DNA of 64,000 nucleotides. Origin: Trichoplax adhaerens. Taxonomy: Eukaryota; Animalia; Placozoa. Positions 55,001-64,000 of the stretch are shown here, piece after piece (within the stretch, counting starts at the first letter, position 1; each line of letters starts with the position of its first letter). The DNA lies in assembly GCF_000150275.1 (NCBI RefSeq), contig NW_002060947.1, forward strand, positions 6,525,648 to 6,589,647, in the 5' to 3' direction. The translations under genes were made by a program, and so were the position numbers. Under the pieces are notes generated by a model. It was given only the letters and a program-made list of their open reading frames with translations. It had not been told where the DNA came from and made no database searches.

Positions 55001-57268
55001 TGCATTACTCAAAATTGACCGACAGTGGTGCGTTTTAACTCAGTTTATCGATAATGAAAATCTACGAAAAAAATTAGAAGATAAGGTAAATATCAATATG
55101 GCAAACAACATCAAGCAGTTTTTCTATTTAGTACGGAGTAGAAATACCCTCTTTCGGAATTATTTATATCAGTGCAATGTACATGACCTGCTTTAAAATT
55201 CAGTTCTGGTATAATAGCCTACCATCATGTCCAAAAACGTACTATCAGTGGCATGGAATTGCAATAGAGCAAATGATACCAAATTTAGAATGCATCTTTT
55301 GAATTACCTTGCTGTATCTACTATTGTTTCAACAGTACTTTTCTTTTCCGCTATTTAAATTTGCGTTCATATTCAAATCTATGCTTTGAATTGTGTCGTT
55401 GTATCTATTGTTACTCACAAGCTGTTTTTCTTATCCTCCTTTTAAACTGGCTTTCATAAACATGAATCGGAATAATCGACGTCTAAATCATAGACTAAGC
55501 CTTTATCCTTTGATATACGTATTAAAATATTAATGGGAATTGCAAGTGGTTTAGCTTACTTACATGATGCATTTTGCAAGAATAAAATGCATCTGCTACT
55601 TAATAGCAACAATGTTCTACTAAATCAAGCTTTGGAACCCAAGTTGTCCGATTATGGACTACTGAAGCCAATTGATTTACAAGAAATATATTATAGCCCA
55701 ACCCCAACAGAACGTCAAAAATATTTGAAAGGTTACATGCCGCCCGATCTTGATAGTGGAATCGCATCTGGTAAATTTGATTCCTATAGCTATGGAATTG
55801 TAAGTTCTTATACCAATAATATAGTTTTTATATCTAAATTACACCGCATATTTCAGATTTAAATTTTCTGCATTTCCATAACTTACTGAAGTACTGACGG
55901 AATTCTAAATGTTATTTATTATTAAGATTGTGCTAGAAATCGTTTCTGGCTTATCTAGCTACAAACCGGATATTTCAGGTCCATCAGCCGACAAGCCTGT
56001 CTATCTAGTAAGCATATGCATACCAATATATGAGCACTCTACTCTTCGGTTTCAAGAGGAATACTAAAAAATCAGATTCTCGATCGTTAGGGATATTTAT
56101 TAGCGTCTTCTATTGATCATATTACAATACTATTTGCTTGGTAGATTAACTTGATATAGTCTACGTGATGAGTTTAGCCAAAACTCAATAGATATCTAAG
56201 AATCAATATAATATTTCAACTTATGCATATGTAGTAAAGTTATTATATCAATTCTATACATGGTCTAGAATAAGACTGAAGAAAACAGATTTTAGGATAA
56301 GTTATCCTACGCTCAGCATTATCCAGGTGTTATTAATGGTATACTTCTTGAGAAGAGTTTTTGTTAATGGAAACGATCGATCGTATAAGAATATCTTAGA
56401 TACGATATTCTATTAAAATATGTATCAATATTCTAATACAAATATTACACTCACTGCTTTATTAATTATAGGTATTAAACCTCATAGATATTTTGTGTAA
56501 CATTAAAATTACAATTTAATTAAGAAATTCATCGCCCGAGCGCTTGACCATATAGTATACAAATAAAATTTTCATTCTTTTACTTTAGTTGTGATGTACA
56601 TAAATATTTCTTCTATTCTAATACATAAATATTTAGTGTCACTCATTACGCTAATAAATATTAATCTTTGATAGGGTGATCATTTCTTGCAATGCTGTGG
56701 AAATCCGGAAATGTTATTTTATTGTGATGAAGATATTGAGTGGCCAAGCAATGAATACGTCTTTTCATCAGAAGAAATGCAAGAAATTGCATATGAATGC
56801 CTGAAAAAGGATCGTCTTGAACGTCCAACGATGAGTGAAGTAAGTGGCAACAATACTGTTTAACTTTGCTATTGCATTTTCGTTTCATAAGCTATCCTAG
56901 TATATGCTAATGACCTTAAAACTTTTAAAAGCTCTCGGCAAGTTTTATATCAACTTTTACTTCCTGAAGTAAACAGTCAATCACATTCTTTATAAAATAC
57001 TGTAATATTGAACTATTTAGAGCTCAAGTCTTGATAAAAATAATCTATCGATAAAACGATTTAAAAATATTGGAAATTTTTTAATCTGAGCCTTGATTTT
57101 ATTTTATGTCCTAAATGCTGAATACACTATTTATCTCACTTCTTGAAATTCTCGATATTCGGTACTACATGTAATCTTGCGTAGCAACTTAAAGTGTTTT
57201 CATTCTGTTTTCAGTGCTACAGAACCTTGTTAGAGATTAAGAATTTCCTCGCAGATCCTCCAAATTAA
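52083..57268 (+). CDS. IRAK/Pelle-like pseudokinase (kinase 3) with predicted N-myristoylation/palmitoylation
   Basis: Exons 52083-52124 (MGNACKKPSTPIFK), 53579-53608, 53691-53813 (LGEGEFGQVF..VAIRK), an alphaC exon not resolved, 54971-55085, 55494-55799 (GIASGLAYLH..HLLLNSNNVLL..PKLSDYG..GYMPPD), 55927-56007, 56675-56839 (ECL..RPTMSE) and 57215-57268. Confidence 0.82.
54290..54665. repeat. Intronic degenerate duplication, ~230 bp period
   Basis: tatctcatga.act.gatta.ttagctc.catt at ~54299 and ~54528. Confidence 0.6.
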
Positions 57269-58399
57269 TACTAGGATTTAAATAGGAAATAAAACCTAAA
57301 CGATAAAATTATGACGGGAACTTGAAGTAGTTGTCAATCTGTTACGGTAGATGTTGTTCAAAACTTAGCATCGTGTCCTTATTAACAATCATTATTTCGT
57401 TGAAAATTAATTCATTAGTTTACTAAAATTTCGCCAATCGAAATTGTGTCAATAATTTTGTAATACTTTACTTATCATTGACTGAACTCTGCTTCCATAT
57501 AGCAAATAGATTGTAAATGATAGAGTCCATTAAATTTCATGTGATTCATAACCTTAGTTAAGAAATAATGCAATTCTGTCTTAAAATTCCGATCGATTTA
57601 TTTCACGATTTACCTTTTTTCATAATATGAATTAATTCACATAATCTGAACCTCTCTATACATATTTATTTGTATTTACGCTGGTATAACGTTTATCTAC
57701 TTATTCTGAGTCCTTAAATATTTGAAAATATTTGTATAATTAATTAAGGATATCGTGTATGAATATTTGTATTCAGTCTGGTTTAGTCCAATATCTCTAA
57801 AAGTCAAGAAACTAAACTAAAATTGCACCTGATTAATCAAGCTAAAAAATATATCAGCTGGGTGAATCGAATATTGTTAATTAAAATCTGTGATTATAAT
57901 TAATTATAAACTGGCTTTATTGTTATAAATGGCAAATAAACTATACAAAGCAGCTGTAATTGCGCATATTTTGTACTATATATAAATTAAGGTTATGCTT
58001 AATCATGTGAACAAGTAACTGTGTTTTATATTGCCAATTCTTGTAAAACTATTAGAACGCTAAGATCCTTTACATGCAAGTATACCTTTATGGTCCTTCG
58101 TATGTCATATTAATGTAATATGCAAACTACTGAATCATTTAAGCAAGAATGCATCAATTCCCAACCATTAAGATTTAAAATGTACATATTCTATAGATAA
58201 CGATTAAAGAATGGCTATACCTTCTAGCTAACAGTTTACTCGTATGATCATTTTTATTTTCCGAATCTTTCATGAACGACAGGAAAGGGATTATTCATCA
58301 TCACAATCGTTCACTGATACATATCCTGTAGTTAGCATATCATCAGTACCGCTGAAATAAATATCCAAACAGCTTCGCAGTGTTTTCTTGATCTATTGG

Positions 58400-61300
58400 A
58401 GGCCATCAAAGGTTACAACATAAGGTTGAATATTTCTAGCGCTACACTTGACTAAAATCGACAAGGTAGCGACGGATATCATCAAGATGTATATCCATCA
58501 CCATAGCAGACATGAATGCTTTCAATCAACTAAAAACTGAAATTTACTGATAGTTTGTATATCTTTACCTGATAAATACTCAGTCTTTCGCTTAATTTTT
58601 CCTTCATACAATTTTTAGCGATTGATACTAAACATTTTCTATATGTAGTAGTAGAAAGTTGGGGATTTTTCGCCCATTTGATCCGTTTATCTTTTAGAGT
58701 TTTTCGCTTTTTCTTGTCTTGAAGTATTGATCTCTATGATGATCAACGAGAATTCATAACATGTCAAAAAGGGAATAATTTTTTCATACAGATGCTAAAT
58801 TAAAAGGCGAGTATTTATGGCCTGTTATTGCATGCTAACATATCGACAATTTATGGCTTACGCTAAAATAAACTATCGCAGTCTAGCGATAGATCATAAT
58901 TGAAAGGTAATATTTTATATGAAATAATCGCTGACTATACGAACTAATTTTAGAATGCTATCGCGAATTCACTAATAGATCTACAAACGCTTGATATCTA
59001 TTTTAGCTGTACATTTTAAGAAACAAGATGACAGATCCAGATTCTTAAGACATAGTTGAATATCCTTGACTTGAAAACATTTAAAGTAGTTATTGTAAGT
59101 TGATTTGTAGACTGTGACATAGTTGAGGAAATTTCTATATGAAAATCATATTATGATCGATAGGTATTCAATAGATTGAATCTAAAGTAACTAGGAATGG
59201 TAGGAACAAATTTTTTTTAAAGCAGTTATAAGGAATCCATTTTAGCTTGGAGAGTAACCTACCGCATCAACATCTTTTCCGTTTTCAGTACACAAATATG
59301 GCTCTTTCCCACATAACAGCAGAAAGATTACCTTCCAAAATTAAAATATTCAAATGTTATCAAGACTGGCTACCAATACGATACACATTAGCCTATTTTA
59401 ATGGCAATCGCTTGCAGTAACAACATATGTAGGATAAAAATTGAAGAAGTATTGAATAGAAAGAAGAATGAAGGACTTACCGCCCCTAGACTGAATATGT
59501 CATTGGATTTTTCAACTATTCCATTGTATGCGTTGGAACTGTAATAACCTAGTTTGTTCTGAGAATTTTTAAATCCATCTACTTTGATATTAGATATTGC
59601 TTCTGGAAAGACCGTATAATAGCCACCATGAGTTATTTTAGCGGTGCCATCACTGGTGAGAATTATATTTTTCCTATAATCAATTCATAATGGAGAGTAT
59701 AAGTCTCTATAACGGTCATTCGATGATTGGCTTTAATGAAATTTACCCTGTTAGGTTGTTATGAACGATTTCTTTCGAATGTAGGTGGGATAATCCTTCA
59801 ACCACATTGGAAAGGATTACATAACGTTGGTAGCACCTTAATAATCTGTTTGGATTCTGCAATGGAATGGGTAGAGCATAGCTTAAGAACAAAGTTCCAA
59901 TGAAACTTAATCCAATCCTTATCAACAGGTGTGTATGTGATCTGTCCTAAAATGGTCCTTAAAGTGCTATATACTAGAATAGATTGTAATGGATTCATTT
60001 TCTTTTAATTAACTGTCATGATGGGGCTCGCATTAAATTTGAAATTAGTCTTTACCATATCAATCATACGATCACTTAAACTTTCAGCTCCAGATTCCTC
60101 TACAACTCCGTTGAATTCTAGATAGAATTGTAGTACCCTGATAACATTTCTATGCTCTAATCTTTAACAGAGATAACCAACGGGTGTTAATATGCTGGTG
60201 ATCTAAAATGGAAAACTATCTTTACAGTTATAAAAGATTATTTAAAAACTGGATCAAGTTAAAGATATACTTAGATAAACGCATTGCTCCTTGTCGAAGA
60301 TTTTTTCTAGCTTTAATTACGATCTGAGTCAGATTTCAGATGATACATTATTTGTAATCACAAGAATGAATTGATACGAAGTGATCAGGATTATTTAAGT
60401 TTAGGCATTAGGTTAACGATGCTTAAATCGTACTAGACTAGATGCATTAGTCATGACCAACCTGATAATGCCACTGTTTGAAAACGAAACATTGATTTAA
60501 ATATTTAATTCCAACACAGGTTTTGCCAAAATAGCCTTCTGGCTGTGGCAACGTGAGGGACTTACGGATAGCCTATAGGGAAAGTTAAAGCAATGCTTAT
60601 CGAACAACGTAGATATCGAATTTTAAAAGAGATATTGTCGCTGCAAGTGCTCTAAAACAGGCTAAAATTTATTCAAATAATGATCCGTTTCAAGAGTAAT
60701 AACTTGTAATAGGTAAGCAAAGTCTCGGCCGAATAATTCAGCCTACAAGAAGAGTAGAAGATCGAAACAAGCTTATACGTTCATTCTATATCTGTAAATT
60801 CAATAAAGTTATTTCATAAGAAACCAAGCCGGTTAAGGATTGGGTTTATCAAGTAAATTATATTTACAACTTACATTAAGGTCATTTTACATTTTCATTC
60901 TTAATTTCATCGATGATAGTATCAATGCTAACCTGATAAAGACCAGACTCAACAAAGTCGCTTGCACCTTCACTGGAATCTTGATCCACTAGAGGATCTT
61001 CGTTTGTAGACGGCCATGAACAATAAGCGAAAGAGTTGGTGATGGATTTTGCTACACATTTATTTTGATATAGAGATCTCTCATGGTCTACATCAGTTCG
61101 ATAATAGCTTTCCTCGTTGTCGTAGTTTTTGCGGTTTCCATTATCTCCCTATTAATTGATTTTAATAAAATGACAAAATAGACCTAGTAAGCTATGGAAG
61201 ATATGTCTTAAAAATTCATGTACATGTTATATGAGTTGCAAATTGCCTTGGCCATTTCATCCAATAGGCAAAACTACAGTAGTTACCAGCTGAAAAGAAT

Positions 61301-63351
61301 TGTTATATCCTGATAGATTCGAGGTAATCCATCTTAGTGGATCAGGCTATACAGTAGTCTATTCAATCAATCTTACTATAGTGTTAATTTTGCTAGTTTT
61401 TGTGCTCATCTGATTTACCTTTAGTGTTTAGCAGCAGAAATTTTGACTGAGGGTGGAATTTTCTACCCCAACCTTCAGTATAATTGACTAATTTATCCTG
61501 TAAGCATGATATGATCGTCTGCCTAAGAGATCTTAAGAGACTAACCTGCTCGAATTAATTTACTGTGATACATATCGTTATTATGTGTTGCATAGTATGG
61601 TTTATCAAACCAGAAATACGAATTTCAAGTTATCATCATACGTATCAGAGCGTTGCTTCTATTATCGAGGAGATTTTTATTTTCTAACATTACGCGATTG
61701 ATCAATTAGAGAGCATAAGATGCTGCGATTCTCAGTAAACTAGTGAATAGTAGTTAGGTATATTCTGTGTAACAGGAAGTTATAGAATTATTCATGCAAC
61801 ATGATGATTCATTTTACTGTGATAGGGTTAATTCTATACCATCACTTTCTATTCCTGTGGCTTTGTACCTTTCAACCTTGCATACAGGTATAATATTGTC
61901 ACAAACCAGCTTCGTGACAAGGATAACGTAAAACAAATCTCCAAATTACTATAGTCTCCGGGATTCAGTATCCCTTAACTACCTCACAAGAACTTAGACG
62001 CCTTTGCTTCTACCTTAAAACAACTATACAATTGAGAACTGCTTTATTCAACTATCTGACGGGCTTACAGCAGCTAACATTCACGAGTCATCTTATTAAA
62101 ATACTTAGGTGAGAACATCTACTAACTAATTTTTTACAGTCAGACTACAATATGTCCATTCACAGAATCATTTCAGTACACATTACAGCACAGCATTAGA
62201 TTTACTGTAACACATTTATAATTAGAGTAATTCCTACTGTAAGTAACTAGTTGTAATATATTATCACTATATTATATTAACCAAATTTAGATGACTATTT
62301 CTTCACGGTAATTCGTACCGTGACAAATATACATAGAGTAAAGTAAAAAATGGTTCTATCTAAAAATTGTTAGTTTCTCTCTTAGCCCTATTTCTACCCA
62401 ACAGCATCCAGCTGTAGGTATGGCTTTATATCTATATACGTGTATTGGAAATCAAGGGCAGTGGCGACTGAGAATATATAAATAAGTTATCGGCATATTT
62501 AACGTTCAAGATCAAAAAGTAGAAATAACTCTCAAGGTATCTACCACTAATGATATTAAGACATTTAGAGAAGCCCGGGACGGTCTACCGTGATTTTGCA
62601 TTCGTAGAGAGGATGGGTTATCATAAGTAGGATAACAATACGAATATGCGCTTCCAAGCAGATGATGATTTTCTACAGCAGTATAACCGATTAATTAACC
62701 AATAGGACATGGAAACTTAGCATTTTTTGTTGGAATAATAGCAAAAATAATAAATTACAGCATCTAAAATGGCTATGCCTATGGATGTGCAAGCATTTGA
62801 TCTATCAATGTATAAAAGGAGCAATTCAATTCTTTGTCATATCACATATCCCACTTCTAGTAACCTCGTAGACTTACTATCGCGATGCCAAAATTAATTA
62901 TTACTTTTTACTGTAAGACGATTTATTGTCAGATATGGACAATATACGTTCACCGCTATTAACTTTGTAGACTTACTACTACGATGCATGAATTAATAAT
63001 TGCTTTTACTGTAATATAATTTATTCCGACATATAGACGATTTATTGGCATCAAAGTAATCATCTTGAGCTACGGATCACCAATGAATAATTAATTGCTT
63101 TTTCTGTGATATTCTCGATTTAATTATAGTAATCTGCGTACAGTGCATACAGCTAAAAAAGTACTATACTGGTACATCACGTACAAACATCTTGACTGCT
63201 ATTTACTAAAGCAGCCTTAACCAACAATTTTACCTATATTCATTATTCTAATCTCAGATAGGTTCCAGCATACCTTGTTCTCTCCATTATAGAAGCAGCA
63301 ACATGTCCTGATAAAGGAGTTTTGCGTCTTAGCTTGATCGTTGTTAGCCAT
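58400..63351 (-). CDS. IRAK/Pelle-like pseudokinase (kinase 4), closest to kinase 2
   Basis: Exons 63274-63351 (MANNDQAKTQNSFIRTCCCFYNGENK), 60933-61148, 60462-60572 (FVFKQW), 60271-60323, 60056-60161 (LEHRNV), 59747-59856 (GLSHLH..IVHNNLT), 59481-59673 (AKITHGG..DIFSLGA), 59263-59331 and 58569-58733. The last exon and 3' coordinate are approximate. Confidence 0.8.
61897..62325 (-). mobile_element. Solo LTR-like element, family B, second copy (429 bp), in intron 1 of kinase 4
   Basis: Reverse complement of 13771-14211 with TGTCAC/GTGACA ends. Its own 5-bp TSD is AATAT (61892-61896 and 62326-62330). Confidence 0.9.
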
Positions 63352-63764
63352 ATTTTATGACTTCTCTGTTGATCCGGTAAGCTGACTGCTGATATGAAAT
63401 AGTATTAATTTGATTTACTTTTAATCAATTTTGGCAATCTTGCTATGGCGCTACAAAACTATGAAAAAGGCGGAATTAAAGTAAAGGCTGGAGAATGGGA
63501 TATAGATAAAATAAACTTATTTTACGCCGTAAAAATAATAGTAAAGAATGAATGTGAGAGAAGAAAAAGAAAGAATACGAGTAAATATATTGACAATAAT
63601 ACTAGGATTTCTAGGGAACACTGTCTGTTATAGAATTAGTACTGTATACATTTAGCCTCGATCTAATCAAAATAGGATGTTGAAATGACTAATTTCTGTT
63701 TATATGCTTATGAATACAGTTTAATTATTATACCACTTCGATGCACTCACCGAGCCCGTTTGCG

Positions 63765-63955
63765 TATAAATTAAATATGGAATGGATAGCTAATCATCGA
63801 AAATTGTTATGAATAAATGTCATTGTAGTATTTTCGATTTATGCATTCATTAAGCCTGTTTACCTATAAATTAAATATGGAATGGGTTGCTAATTAAGTT
63901 TGTTACACATAAATTTAATATAAAGTGGATTGCTAATAATCGATAATTAATTATC
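63765..63955. repeat. Short degenerate repeat, 2-3 copies
   Basis: tataaattaaatatggaatgg.t.gctaat at ~63766 and ~63866, with a diverged copy at ~63910. Confidence 0.6.
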
Positions 63956-64000
63956 AGTAGTTTCCTTATTATATTTTTGATATAGACATCTTCTTATTGA

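Noticed and set aside
8983-63633. Many 60-90 aa ORFs in the track (e.g. 8983, 10987, 21545, 30359, 32592, 48116, 48627, 63445)
   Set aside because: No recognisable motifs; they often have non-ATG starts, lie antisense to real exons or fall inside repeats.

Overview
AT-rich, intron-containing eukaryotic (animal) genomic DNA. Gene content and compact introns resemble a basal metazoan such as the placozoan Trichoplax, but this is inference, not verified. The window holds: (1) a small cluster of intronless class A GPCRs, two intact and one pseudogene hit twice by the same LTR family; (2) a multi-exon Cdt1 gene on the minus strand; (3) a GC-richer non-coding island ending in a young 4 x ~200 bp tandem repeat with predicted RNA hairpins; (4) four IRAK/Pelle-family kinase genes arranged +,-,+,-. 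One kinase keeps its catalytic motifs. The other three are death-domain-less pseudokinases whose hand-reconstructed first exons carry lipidation motifs (MGNAC, TCCG, TCCC), resembling plant RLCK/ZRK decoy clusters; this is the best candidate for an undescribed system. Two families of solo-LTR-like elements with exact 5-bp target-site duplications and many locus-private degenerate tandem repeats are also present. All gene models were spliced by eye; some terminal exons remain uncertain.
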